NCBI GenBank assembly: GCA_965222605.1
Contig: OZ244960.1
Coordinates: 4,416,001 to 4,480,000, forward strand
Direction: 5' to 3'
DNA: 64,000 nt
Source of the DNA: Candidatus Latescibacterota bacterium
Lineage (GTDB): Bacteria; Latescibacterota; UBA2968
Shown here: piece by piece, positions 1 to 9,585 of the stretch
How the letters are laid out: each line of letters opens with the position of its first letter
How positions within the stretch are numbered: the first letter of the stretch is position 1
The notes under the pieces: model-generated
The model's input: the letters and a program-made list of their open reading frames with translations, nothing else
What the model was told of the DNA's origin: nothing
Database searches by the model: none
Position numbers and translations under genes: made by a program

Positions 1-2
1 TG

Positions 3-86
3 TACCAGCCCAATTTGCCATCCTTTCCGAGCGAACCAGAAGAGGCCGAGGGCAAGAATGAGATCGACGATGTTCATTTGATGTGA
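3..86 (+). CDS. 3' end of a CDS running in from the left edge (partial)
   Basis: Open frame YQPNLPSFPSEPEEAEGKNEIDDVHLM* ending in TGA at 84-86, converging on the rpsU terminator. Confidence 0.4.
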   Translation, partial: YQPNLPSFPSEPEEAEGKNEIDDVHLM

Positions 87-98
87 AAGATGGATATG

Positions 99-133
99 AA
101 AAAAGCGATAGCCACCCTGAGTGATTATCGCTT
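99..133 (-). terminator. Intrinsic terminator downstream of rpsU
   Basis: Stem aagcgatagccac/gtgattatcgctt with an A-run on the left (U-tail on the minus strand). Confidence 0.6.
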
Positions 134-153
134 GATCCGAATATGCGAAAGAC

Positions 154-351
154 TTAGCGGGTGTATTGCTGGTCCAATTTGATCCGCTTGCGTCTTGCAG
201 CGGCAATTTTGCGTTTCCGACGTTCACTCGGTTTTTCGAAATGCTGATTTTTCTTCATGTCGGAAATAACACCGGCTTTTTCGCAGGCCTTTTTGAACCG
301 CTTGAGTGCTCTTTCGAACGGCTCGTCGTCACGTACGAGGACACCAGGCAT
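154..351 (-). CDS. rpsU: 30S ribosomal protein S21
   Basis: 65 aa basic protein with E.FERALKRFKK..EKAG and FEKPSERRKRK, typical of bS21. Confidence 0.97.
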   Translation of the reverse strand: MPGVLVRDDEPFERALKRFKKACEKAGVISDMKKNQHFEKPSERRKRKIAAARRKRIKLDQQYTR

Positions 352-633
352 GCCTGGATCACCCCTTTCTCTTGTGAATGTGGTGAATTACCAAAACGAA
401 TTTCAGTATAACATATAAAATGTCCCGCACTTTTGCAACCCGTTTTTCCCCATCGGCCACTCACTACGACGTATGTTATACGTCTCGAACGCGCTCGTAA
501 AAAAACGTCTTTGTTCATTTCAAGACGTTTTTTATTTTTAATGCGGGATTTTGAGGCTTTGGTTTTGAATGGGAACTGAAAAAAGCGTCGGGCGTTTTGG
601 ATGGGGGGAAAGGACCACAAAACGGAGGGGCGA

Positions 634-1944
634 ATGCAACTCAAAAATAAAAACAAGATCGGCGGCGAGATCAAGACCTTGCACTTACGCCTATCCAGTC
701 AGAGTTTTTTAACGGCTTATTTTTTTCTTTTGGCGGTTATCATCGTCATCGCATTCCTCATTTATACACAGCTTTACGTTGTGCAACCCATGCGGCAAGA
801 AGCCAGGCGCATGGGAAAATTCTACGCGTTTATGCACAGTGTGACTACGTTGGACACAATTGAGGTCAAGGGATTTTATAAGGATGTCATTTTTGATACT
901 GTCCAGAATCCCAATTTTCCGGTCGTAATCACAGACGAACAGGGTATTCCTCGATACTGGAAAGCGATTGGCATTCCCCCCTTTGGCGACCACCCCCCCG
1001 AGAAGCTGGGCAAGGTGATGGATAAAGCTTACGCTCTCGATTTAGAAAACGATCCGTTACCCTTTGAATATCCCGGATCGGAATGGGGTCCGGATAAAAA
1101 ACCCGTTAAGAGGGAACCGGAAATCTGGCAGTTGCACTGGGGTGCGTCCGCACTGGAGAAGCGTTTGAACTGGTTGCCCTGGGTTGCTTTGGGGGTGACA
1201 ATCGTATTTACTGGAGGTGGGTATCTCGGATTTCGGTATATTAAGAACAGAGAACAGCGATCTATCTGGGTGGGGATGGCGAGAGAAACAGCCCATCAGT
1301 TGGGAACGCCGCTGTCTTCGCTGTACGGTTGGTTGGCGTTGTTGAAGGACGAGTTGGATGCAGAGGGTGATGGAGAGAGTAGTCAAAGGCTTAAAAATAT
1401 TCTGGGAGAGATGGATCGGGATACGAGTCGATTGGACAAGATCGCTTCTCGCTTTAGTCTGATTGGTTCCACGCCCGAATTGCGATTGGATCAGGTGCGC
1501 GACGTGGTGGCTGAAACAGCGGGTTATCTGCGCGCGCGCTTGCCAGATAATGTGCAAATTGTAGAGGAACTGGACGATGTGCCGGTTGTTCCGCTCAATC
1601 GGGAGCTTTTGGGATGGGCGTTTGAAAATCTCTTCAGAAATGCAGCCGATGCGATGGAAGGGAGAGGGGGCCGCATTGATATATCGTCGCGCGTAGAGGA
1701 ACACCGGGTGGTTATTGAGGTGCGCGATACGGGAAAAGGCATACCTTCGCATATGTTAAAGCAGGTCTTTTTGCCGGGTATCAGCACCAAGAGACGCGGG
1801 TGGGGACTTGGTCTGGCATTTGTGAAACGCATTGTGGAAGACTATCACAGCGGAAAAGTATCTATCAAAGAAAGTGTGCCAGGTCAGGGTACGACATTTG
1901 TCATTTTACTGCCTTTGTCTCCGGCAGATTTAGATGACTCATAA
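634..1944 (+). CDS. Membrane sensor histidine kinase
   Basis: Two TM segments; H-box ETAHQLGTPLS, N-box ENLFRNAADAM, G1 DTGKGI, G2 GWGLGL. Start 634 follows GGAGGGG; the ORF is open from 601. Confidence 0.92.
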   Translation: MQLKNKNKIGGEIKTLHLRLSSQSFLTAYFFLLAVIIVIAFLIYTQLYVVQPMRQEARRMGKFYAFMHSVTTLDTIEVKGFYKDVIFDTVQNPNFPVVITDEQGIPRYWKAIGIPPFGDHPPEKLGKVMDKAYALDLENDPLPFEYPGSEWGPDKKPVKREPEIWQLHWGASALEKRLNWLPWVALGVTIVFTGGGYLGFRYIKNREQRSIWVGMARETAHQLGTPLSSLYGWLALLKDELDAEGDGESSQRLKNILGEMDRDTSRLDKIASRFSLIGSTPELRLDQVRDVVAETAGYLRARLPDNVQIVEELDDVPVVPLNRELLGWAFENLFRNAADAMEGRGGRIDISSRVEEHRVVIEVRDTGKGIPSHMLKQVFLPGISTKRRGWGLGLAFVKRIVEDYHSGKVSIKESVPGQGTTFVILLPLSPADLDDS

Positions 1945-1967
1945 TCCTTTATCAATCAACAAAAGAG

Positions 1968-3542
1968 GTGCATGTGAACCAAACGCAAGAAGCCAAGCAG
2001 ATTTTGTGGGCAGATGACGAGATCGATTTGTTGCGACCCCATCAAATTTTTCTCAAAGATCGGGGATATGATATAACCCCTGTGACCAATGGCGACGATG
2101 CCATTGCGATGATTCAGAAACGCGGATTTGATGCTGTATTGCTCGATGAAATGATGGCTGGACGAGATGGGTTGTCAACTCTGGCGGCGATTAAGGATAT
2201 CAATCCGCATATTCCGGTTATTATGATTACGAAAAACGAAGAAGAACGGTTGATGGAACAGGCCATTGGACAGCGGATTGACGATTATTTGACCAAGCCC
2301 GTGAATCCGAGTCAGATTTTGCTGGCGTGCAAAAAATTGCTCGATACACGTCAAATTCAAAAAGACCGCATGGGTCTGGACTATGCGGCTGCATCCAACA
2401 GGTTGCGCGAGTCTCTCATACTGGCTGATTCGTGGCGAGATTGGATCGATCTTCACGTGCGTCTGTCTGAGTGGGATTTGGAATTGGACCGCTTTTACGA
2501 TCCGGGCTTGCGCACTATGCACGACGATTTGCGCCGCGCCTGCAATTTGGCGTTTGGCAAGTTTATCGAGGATAATTACAGCCAGTGGGTGCAAGACGAA
2601 GAAGATTCACCCACGCTTTCTGTGGATATTGTATCCGAATTTGTCGCGCCCTGTGTGCAAGATGAGCAACAGGTGTTTTTTGTGGTGGTCGATTGTATGC
2701 GATTGGATCACTGGCTTGCCATTTTGCCGTTGTTGTCCGATATTTTTGATATTGAACAACACCACTACTACTCTATTTTGCCCACTGCGACGCCGTATTC
2801 TCGCAATGCCATTTTTAGCGGCCTTTTTCCCATTGACCTCGCGGCATTGTATCCCGATGAGTGGCAAGTTGCGCGCGACGACGACATGAGTCGCAATCGA
2901 CACGAGCACCAATTGCTTGACCAACAGCTCGAAGAAATTGATCCGACATTGAATTTGGATACGCGCTACGTCAAAATACTGGATATTGCAGAGGGCAACA
3001 GGCTGGCAAAAAAGGTGCATTCGTACCGTTCTTTTCCGCTTATGTCGGTTGTGGTCAATTTTCTGGATATGCTCACGCACGGTCGTTCCGAATCCGAATT
3101 ATTGCAAGAGATGGCGCCCAATGAGTCTGCTTATCGGTCTTTGACGCGGTCGTGGTTTTCGCATTCTTCTCTTTTTGAGATGTTGCGCAAGCTGTCCGAG
3201 ACCGACTCGACAGTGGTGTTGACGACAGATCACGGCTGTATGCTGAGTAGTCGGGCTTCTCTGGCTTATGGCAATCGGGATACTTCGACGGGGATTCGCT
3301 TCAAATACGGCAAAAATTTGCGATGCGATAACCGTCACGCGATGCATATTCGAGATCTCAAGGCTTTTGGCCTGCCGAGTGTGGGGCAAGGGACTAATTA
3401 CATTATTTGTAGGGAAGATTACTTTTTTGTGTATCCCACCAATTTCAATGAGTACCAGGCCAAATACGCCAATAGTTTTCAACACGGGGGGATCTCCCTC
3501 GAAGAGTGTATTTTGCCGGTTGCTATTATGCGCGGAAAATAA
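1968..3542 (+). CDS. PorX-like response regulator (receiver plus PglZ/alkaline-phosphatase domain)
   Basis: N-terminal receiver (LWADDEIDLL, LLDEMM, DYLTKPVNP) and C-terminal PglZ motifs (VDCMR, LPTATPYSRNAIF, TTDHG, FQHGGISLEE). Confidence 0.9.
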   Translation: MHVNQTQEAKQILWADDEIDLLRPHQIFLKDRGYDITPVTNGDDAIAMIQKRGFDAVLLDEMMAGRDGLSTLAAIKDINPHIPVIMITKNEEERLMEQAIGQRIDDYLTKPVNPSQILLACKKLLDTRQIQKDRMGLDYAAASNRLRESLILADSWRDWIDLHVRLSEWDLELDRFYDPGLRTMHDDLRRACNLAFGKFIEDNYSQWVQDEEDSPTLSVDIVSEFVAPCVQDEQQVFFVVVDCMRLDHWLAILPLLSDIFDIEQHHYYSILPTATPYSRNAIFSGLFPIDLAALYPDEWQVARDDDMSRNRHEHQLLDQQLEEIDPTLNLDTRYVKILDIAEGNRLAKKVHSYRSFPLMSVVVNFLDMLTHGRSESELLQEMAPNESAYRSLTRSWFSHSSLFEMLRKLSETDSTVVLTTDHGCMLSSRASLAYGNRDTSTGIRFKYGKNLRCDNRHAMHIRDLKAFGLPSVGQGTNYIICREDYFFVYPTNFNEYQAKYANSFQHGGISLEECILPVAIMRGK

Positions 3543-3551
3543 TCGGGCACT

Positions 3552-4025
3552 ATGTCAAATAGAACGATCACACGGGTATCTTCGTCGCCCGATCAAACAC
3601 ATCGGTTTGGACGCGATCTCGCGGCACAGCTCGATCCGGGCGATTGCGTTGCTCTGACAGGAGATTTGGGCAGTGGTAAAACCTGTTTTGTACAGGGTGT
3701 TTGCGCGGGTTTGAATGTGATCGATTATGTGACGAGTCCGACTTTTGTAATCGTTAACGAATACGCGGGGGTTTCGCCCGATGGAAGGCCGATGCCGGTG
3801 TATCACTTTGATCTTTATCGGTTGGGCAGTCCCGGCGAACTCTATGAGATTGGGTGCGATGATTTATTTTTCGGCGAGGGTGTGTGTTTGATTGAGTGGG
3901 CAGATTTGGGGGGCGATTTGATTCCCGACTATGCTATTGATGTGCATTTTGCCCATGCGGGGGAGATGATTCGGAACCTGACGATCTCGACCAGGACGAG
4001 GTTGTACACCGCTTCAGAGGGATGA
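3552..4025 (+). CDS. tsaE: tRNA threonylcarbamoyladenosine biosynthesis ATPase
   Basis: GDLGSGKT, VTSPTF, YHFDLYRL, LIEWA motifs. Confidence 0.95.
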   Translation: MSNRTITRVSSSPDQTHRFGRDLAAQLDPGDCVALTGDLGSGKTCFVQGVCAGLNVIDYVTSPTFVIVNEYAGVSPDGRPMPVYHFDLYRLGSPGELYEIGCDDLFFGEGVCLIEWADLGGDLIPDYAIDVHFAHAGEMIRNLTISTRTRLYTASEG

Positions 4026-4026
4026 C

Positions 4027-4824
4027 GTGTTAAAAAAAAGATATAATTGCAGACCCATTTGGATGTGCCGGTTCCTGCACGGTACGCTTGCCATGTGCGT
4101 TTACGTTATGGCGTTTGCACCGGTTTGGGCACAGCAAGACTTACAGCCGCGGCAATTGGTTGAAGCCCCCACGGCGGGTTTGTTGCCCAGTCGCAGTTTG
4201 GGGTTGGATCTTCGCTTTTATGGAGACGATGGCATTTTGGGCGGTGTATCGGTCGGCTTGTTCAGCCGGGGTATGGTTGGGGTGTCTTTTGGCGGAAGCG
4301 ATCTTTTGGGCAACGAGGCGGTGAATTTAAACCCGCGGGTCGAATTTTCAGGCCGCCTGCGGGTGCTTGAAGAGGGATATACAATCCCGGCTCTGGCAGT
4401 GGGTTATACATCGCAGGGATACGGTATGTACGATGATGAGTTGAAGCGCTATACCCGCAAGTCCAAGGGTGTTTATGTCGTTGCCAGCAAAAATTTCAGG
4501 TTGCCTTTGGGGCATACGGGTCTGCACATTGGCGCGAACCGAAGTTTTGAAGACGGCGATGGCGATGATGATTTTACGGGTTATGTCGGGGTAGATACAG
4601 GGGTTGGGAAATATGTGGTGGCTGTGGCGGAATACGATTTTGGATTGAACGATAATTCGGACGATAGCCTGGGTTCTGGAAAGGGATTTTTAAATGCCGG
4701 TATCAGATGGACGCTGTCTGGGACATTTGCTCTGGAATTTGATTTGAAGAATATCTTCCGCAATGGCATGCAAAATCCACATCCCGATCGGGAACTTCGC
4801 ATTGCGTATTTTGGAAAATTTTGA
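4027..4824 (+). CDS. Exported, probable outer-membrane beta-barrel protein (YjbH-like)
   Basis: Signal-peptide-like N-terminus, PTAG motif, alternating beta-strand pattern, C-terminal Phe. Confidence 0.6.
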   Translation: MLKKRYNCRPIWMCRFLHGTLAMCVYVMAFAPVWAQQDLQPRQLVEAPTAGLLPSRSLGLDLRFYGDDGILGGVSVGLFSRGMVGVSFGGSDLLGNEAVNLNPRVEFSGRLRVLEEGYTIPALAVGYTSQGYGMYDDELKRYTRKSKGVYVVASKNFRLPLGHTGLHIGANRSFEDGDGDDDFTGYVGVDTGVGKYVVAVAEYDFGLNDNSDDSLGSGKGFLNAGIRWTLSGTFALEFDLKNIFRNGMQNPHPDRELRIAYFGKF

Positions 4825-4842
4825 TTTTTTTCAGGAGAAGGT

Positions 4843-5841
4843 ATGAAACGCCTGATCGCTGTTTTGAACGTCTTTTTGTTTTTGGTTCCACTTCAAGCCG
4901 AGGAAGAAATGTCTCGCCGCCCGGTTGCAACCTATTCTATTGTCGCCCGCGATTCAACCACAGGACAACTCGGTGTGGCCGTGCAATCGCACTGGTTTTC
5001 TGTTGGGCCCATTGTCCCCTGGGTTGAACCCGGTGTGGGGGCTGTGGCTACGCAATCTCTGGTCGATCCGGCTTATGGGCCGCTCGGTCTGAATCTGATG
5101 CGGATGGGGCGCACGGCTCCCGAAGCGCTCAAAGCACTCGTTTCGACGGATGAGGGTGCCGAAATACGCCAGGTTGCAATGGTTGACGCCAATGGCAATG
5201 TTGCCGCTCATACGGGCAAGCGCGCCATTTATGCCGCCGGACATCAAACCGGTACACAGTATTCGGTGCAGGCCAATCTCATGGAAAAACCCACGGTTTG
5301 GGCTGCGATGAGCAAAGCCTATGAGTCTTCTACAGGCGACCTGGCCGAACGCATGCTTGCAGCTCTTGAAGCAGCAGAAGCCGAAGGCGGCGATATTCGC
5401 GGTCGGCAATCGGCTGCTATTCTCATTGTGGGTCCCGAAAATACAAATAGGCCATGGGCAGATCGCCTTTTTGATCTCCGCGTTGAAGACCATCCCAATC
5501 CCGTTGCCGAGTTGCGCCGGCTCGTCACCTTGCAACGCGCCTATCTCAAGCTCAACGAGGGCGATGAATGGATTGGCAAAGGCGATATCGAAAAAGCATT
5601 TGCCGCCTATCGCACGGCCACCGAGATCGTGCCCGACAAAGCCACCAATGGCGAGGCCGCCTTCTGGGTTGGCGTGACTCTTGCCGAGAAGGGCAAACCC
5701 GATCAGGCGATTCCCTATCTCGCCCGAGCATACAAACAGGACAAACGCTGGGCCGAGCTGCTCCCACGCCTTCCCGCTTCCGAACTCCTGCCCGACGATC
5801 CCGATCTCATCAACCGTCTGGTGCAGGGTATGAAAGAGTGA
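4843..5841 (+). CDS. DUF1028 Ntn-hydrolase-like protein with C-terminal TPR
   Basis: TYSIVARD..TGQLGVAVQSHWFSVG, GAVATQ, GGDIRGRQSAA, DLRVEDHP. Confidence 0.88.
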   Translation: MKRLIAVLNVFLFLVPLQAEEEMSRRPVATYSIVARDSTTGQLGVAVQSHWFSVGPIVPWVEPGVGAVATQSLVDPAYGPLGLNLMRMGRTAPEALKALVSTDEGAEIRQVAMVDANGNVAAHTGKRAIYAAGHQTGTQYSVQANLMEKPTVWAAMSKAYESSTGDLAERMLAALEAAEAEGGDIRGRQSAAILIVGPENTNRPWADRLFDLRVEDHPNPVAELRRLVTLQRAYLKLNEGDEWIGKGDIEKAFAAYRTATEIVPDKATNGEAAFWVGVTLAEKGKPDQAIPYLARAYKQDKRWAELLPRLPASELLPDDPDLINRLVQGMKE

Positions 5842-5845
5842 GTTT

Positions 5846-6304
5846 TTACCATCCCTCTCTCATCCACTCAAACATTTTGTAGTGGTTGCCATCCATTCCC
5901 ATTGCGTTATAAGTTTTTTGCGCCCGTTCGTTTTCCCGTTCGACATATAGCCTGAGTCCGCGCAAGTCGGCAGATTGCTCGACTGTGGTCTTCAGGGTTT
6001 CATACATCATCCGAAAAATACCGCGCCGCCGTACTCTGGGAATCACATAGACCGAGTGAATCCACAATACTGTTCCGTTGCGCCAGTCACTCCATTCGGG
6101 GACGGTGAGCAAGCAGCCGACGACTTCATTGTCTGACTCAGCAATCCAATACGCCCCCTTGTGCTGATCGTCAAAAACGGCGTGTACGCCTTTTTCAACG
6201 GTTGGGCGATCCAGTGCAAAGTCTTCTGTTTCTTTTGCCATCCGGATTTGAAAATCTATGATATTGGATGCGTCTTTTCGTCGCCCCCGACGAATCTCAA
6301 TCAT
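5846..6304 (-). CDS. GNAT N-acetyltransferase
   Basis: EWSDWRNG, WIHSVYV..RRRGIF, LRLYVEREN.RAQ.TY..MGM. Confidence 0.9.
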   Translation of the reverse strand: MIEIRRGRRKDASNIIDFQIRMAKETEDFALDRPTVEKGVHAVFDDQHKGAYWIAESDNEVVGCLLTVPEWSDWRNGTVLWIHSVYVIPRVRRRGIFRMMYETLKTTVEQSADLRGLRLYVERENERAQKTYNAMGMDGNHYKMFEWMREGW

Positions 6305-7038
6305 AACCCCTTCTTCCATTTGCGATATAGCGCGAATGTTTCTTCATCTGGCGGATAGTATTTGCCCGGCGAGAGGTTTTCCGTGTCCAGGCGTCTTCTG
6401 ATCCATTCTTCGAGGTCGTCGTATTCAATCGCTTTTTGAGCCATTTCCGGCGCGACTTTGCGCGGGATGACGACTACGCCGTCGTCGTCGGCCACGATGT
6501 AGTCCCCCGGTCTGACGAGGACGCCATCGACGTGTACCCAATCATTGGTCGAATAAGGCGTTCCAACGCGGGTGCCGAGGTTTGATGTTTTGCCATATCC
6601 CCACAGCATAATGCCATAGTCTGTGACGGTGTGCATGTCGCGGATGCCGCCATCGCAGATCAGACCATCTACGCCCCGCTGTTTTAAGCGAAGGAATTTG
6701 ATGTCTCCGCCAATGGACATCAATTTGGTGCGCATGGATTCCATGACGATGACGTCGCCTGGCCCGGCGAGTTCAAAAGCGGCGTATTCAGGGGATTCTT
6801 CGCCGCCCGGTTTTTCTTCGTCGGCGTCGGGGCGTGAGGGCACAAAGCGCACGGTGACTGCTCTGGCGACCAATCGCTTCCCGGGGTTCATGGTTTGCAG
6901 ATTGGGCATATACGTGTACCGCGCGTCGTAGCCATTGCGAGCGAGCACATCGACCACAGCGGTTGTGTTCACGCGCTTGAGTGCTTCTCGCGTCGCTTTG
7001 TCCAGTACGTGATCGGGGGTGGGTTGTACAATTGCCAT
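6301..7038 (-). CDS. RraA/HMG-aldolase-family protein
   Basis: ARAVTVRF, PGDVIV, DGGIRD, VRPGDYIVADDDGVVVIP. Confidence 0.85.
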   Translation of the reverse strand: MAIVQPTPDHVLDKATREALKRVNTTAVVDVLARNGYDARYTYMPNLQTMNPGKRLVARAVTVRFVPSRPDADEEKPGGEESPEYAAFELAGPGDVIVMESMRTKLMSIGGDIKFLRLKQRGVDGLICDGGIRDMHTVTDYGIMLWGYGKTSNLGTRVGTPYSTNDWVHVDGVLVRPGDYIVADDDGVVVIPRKVAPEMAQKAIEYDDLEEWIRRRLDTENLSPGKYYPPDEETFALYRKWKKGL

Positions 7039-7052
7039 ATATTCTCCTGTTT

Positions 7053-8042
7053 TTATGTCCGCGAAACGCTCTCGTTTTCGACTGCCTGGATCAACGCAAT
7101 GATGTACCCAAATTGGAATGCCCAGGCCTGGGTCACGCGGCTCGAGACGCCTTCGGGAGCCGTGTCGTCGGGGTGGCGAGGGGCGTGGTCGGGCATGAGC
7201 ATGTACGGATAGCTGGCCTGGTGTAAAGCTTTTACAATCTCGTACATGTTGACGTCGCCTTCATCTGGCCAGGTCTCGCAAAAGTCGTGCAGGCCCCCGC
7301 GGATGTTTCTGAAATGCACGTTGAAGATTTTTTTTCTTTCTGCGAAATATTTGATGATGGGCGGGAGTTCTTCGGCAGGATTTTCCAATCCTTCGGCGGC
7401 CACACCGCAGCAGAAATTGAATCCGTGATAGGGGCTGTCAACCAGTTCGCTGAATCGCTTCAGGCCTTCAAATACGGGATAATTCCACTTTTCTACGCCG
7501 TTTAGCACGGGTGCTGGCGGGTCGTTGAGGTGGCATGCTATCTGAATTTTGTATTCTTCGGCGACGGGTATCACGCGTTCCAGAAAGTACGCTGCGCGTT
7601 CAAAAGCCTCTTCTCGGCTCACGGGACCGATTTCGGTGAGGGTGTCGTTGTCGTATTCAGAGAGCACAAAGGAGCTATATGTTGTTCCGCCGCGACCCGG
7701 CCTGCGTCCGGTGCGTTGTACAAGACCGCCCGAGGGTGCGCGCAAGACGCAGAAGTTGTAGTTCAGACCGCGCAGCCCGGCTTTGTGCGCGTTTTCGATG
7801 TATTGACAGAACAGGTCGATGTCTCTGTCGCGCTGCGGGTCTTTTGCCATGGGGATGCTGTCCATTGGGGGGACGTGAACCATTTCGAGTTCGACCTCAT
7901 AAGCGGCGGCTTCTTCTCTGTGCTGCGTGAGAGTATCGGCATCCATGCCATCTACTGTGGCGTCAAAATGGGTGACGCCATGGCGCGATAGAAATTCCAT
8001 TTCTATTTTTGATGTGCCAAAATACTGTGTGCCTACATACAT
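7053..8042 (-). CDS. Mannonate dehydratase-like protein (UxuA family)
   Basis: FLERVIPVAEEY...ACHLNDPP, FNVHFRN, E.WPDEGDVNM, MPDHAP. Start set at MYVGTQ after AAAGGA. Confidence 0.8.
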   Translation of the reverse strand: MYVGTQYFGTSKIEMEFLSRHGVTHFDATVDGMDADTLTQHREEAAAYEVELEMVHVPPMDSIPMAKDPQRDRDIDLFCQYIENAHKAGLRGLNYNFCVLRAPSGGLVQRTGRRPGRGGTTYSSFVLSEYDNDTLTEIGPVSREEAFERAAYFLERVIPVAEEYKIQIACHLNDPPAPVLNGVEKWNYPVFEGLKRFSELVDSPYHGFNFCCGVAAEGLENPAEELPPIIKYFAERKKIFNVHFRNIRGGLHDFCETWPDEGDVNMYEIVKALHQASYPYMLMPDHAPRHPDDTAPEGVSSRVTQAWAFQFGYIIALIQAVENESVSRT

Positions 8043-8055
8043 GATGGGTGTCCTT

Positions 8056-9186
8056 TCAAAGGATGATTTGGGATAGGGCATCGTCGAGTTTTTGGACGGT
8101 GCGGTCGATGTTCTGGAGTTTGTCCAGGCCGAATAGGCCCAGGCGAAAGGTTTGAAAATTTTCTGGTTCGTCGCATTGCAAGGGTACGCCAGCGGCGATT
8201 TGAAGGCCCGCGTCCATAAATTTTTTTCCCGTTTGTATGTCGGGGTCTTCCGTGTAGCTGACCACCACACCCGGTGCCTGGAAACCCTCTGCTGCCACGC
8301 TTTTTATGCCTTTGCTGCTCAAGAGTGCCCGAACTTTTTCGCCGAGTTTGCGCTGTTGCGCGCATATTTTATCAAAGCCGTAATTTTCGGTTTCTTGCAT
8401 TGCGTTGCGAAAAACTGTGAGGGCATCCGTAGGCATGGTCGCGTGATACGCATGGGCGCCACCTTCATAAGCTTCCATAATTTGAAGCCATTTGTGCAAA
8501 TCGCAGGCAAAGCTGGTGCTGGTTGTCGATTCAATTCTTTCCAGTGCTGAAGAACTGAGCATGACCAGGCCACAACACGCAGAGGCGCTCCAGCCTTTTT
8601 GTGGGGCGCTGATCAGGACATCAACACCGCAGGCTTTCATATCGACCCAAATTGTTCCCGAGGCGATGCAGTCCAATACCAGGAGGCCGCCAACAGCGTG
8701 TATGGCATCTGCTACGGAACGGATGTAGTCGTCGGGGAGAATGATCCCGGATGCGGTTTCGACGTGTGGCGCGAAGACAAAGTCCGGTTTTTCTGCCGCG
8801 ATTGTTTGCACGATTTCTTCGATGGGCGGAGGTGCAAATGGGGCGTGTTTGTCATCGCCCGTGCGCCGCGCTTTGAGGACAATGGATTGGGATGGTATAT
8901 CACCCATCTCGAAAATTTGGGTCCAGCGATAACTGAACCATCCATTGCGAATTACAAGGCATTTTTTGTCTGTCGCAAATTGTCGCGCCACGGCTTCCAT
9001 GCCATAAGTGCCACTGCCGGGAACGACAATGACCGCGCTGGCGTGGTACACTTTTTTTAGTGTGACGGAAATATCTTTCATCACGCCTTGGAATGACTGC
9101 GACATGTGGTTGAGTGCGCGGTCTGTATAGACTACGGAGTATTCCAGGAGTTTATCGGGATCGTTATTGGGAAGTAAACTCGACAT
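8056..9186 (-). CDS. Class V PLP aminotransferase (serine-pyruvate/alanine-glyoxylate type)
   Basis: LLEYSVVYTDR, PGSGTYGMEAVA, HVETASG, LDCIASG, SAPQKGW. Confidence 0.9.
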   Translation of the reverse strand: MSSLLPNNDPDKLLEYSVVYTDRALNHMSQSFQGVMKDISVTLKKVYHASAVIVVPGSGTYGMEAVARQFATDKKCLVIRNGWFSYRWTQIFEMGDIPSQSIVLKARRTGDDKHAPFAPPPIEEIVQTIAAEKPDFVFAPHVETASGIILPDDYIRSVADAIHAVGGLLVLDCIASGTIWVDMKACGVDVLISAPQKGWSASACCGLVMLSSSALERIESTTSTSFACDLHKWLQIMEAYEGGAHAYHATMPTDALTVFRNAMQETENYGFDKICAQQRKLGEKVRALLSSKGIKSVAAEGFQAPGVVVSYTEDPDIQTGKKFMDAGLQIAAGVPLQCDEPENFQTFRLGLFGLDKLQNIDRTVQKLDDALSQIIL

Positions 9187-9223
9187 ATTCGCTCCTAATT
9201 AAAAAAGAGATTGGTGGTTTGGT

Positions 9224-9555
9224 CTATAGTTCCACTTCTGCGATGGCTATGCCGCTTTCTCCTGCGATGGCATATAGCAAATAGGTGTGGTTATTTTCTA
9301 CAAAAATTGCCGGGTCGCGCAACTGGTTGACGTGTCCATAAGCCACGCTGCGAATGGAGGGTTCCAGAGGTGCATCCGCGCCTTCCCAGGGATGTTCTGG
9401 GCGCAAGATTTCTATGCCTTCTGTCGCACGCCAATTTTCCTAGTCAACCGATATGTCAATGGTGCTTAGTAAAATGCGTTCGGGTACATCTCCTACTTGC
9501 GTCCAGAATATATATAGGGTCTTTTCGCGCTTTAACAAAGCCGGGTGACGCGCAT
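9224..9555 (-). pseudogene. 3' fragment of a conserved hypothetical (propeller/hydrolase-like) gene with an in-frame stop
   Basis: Frame reads RHPALLKREKTLYIFWTQVGDVPERILLSTIDISVD*ENWRATEG...LRDPAIF...LLYAIAGESGIAIA. TAG at 9440-9442; the 5' part is missing. Confidence 0.6.
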
Positions 9556-9585
9556 GTTATTTTCCTTGTGTTCAAAAGCTGTGGA

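Noticed and set aside
8043-8270. N-terminal extension of the UxuA-like ORF
   Set aside because: It overlaps the aminotransferase gene; an RBS supports the start at 8042.
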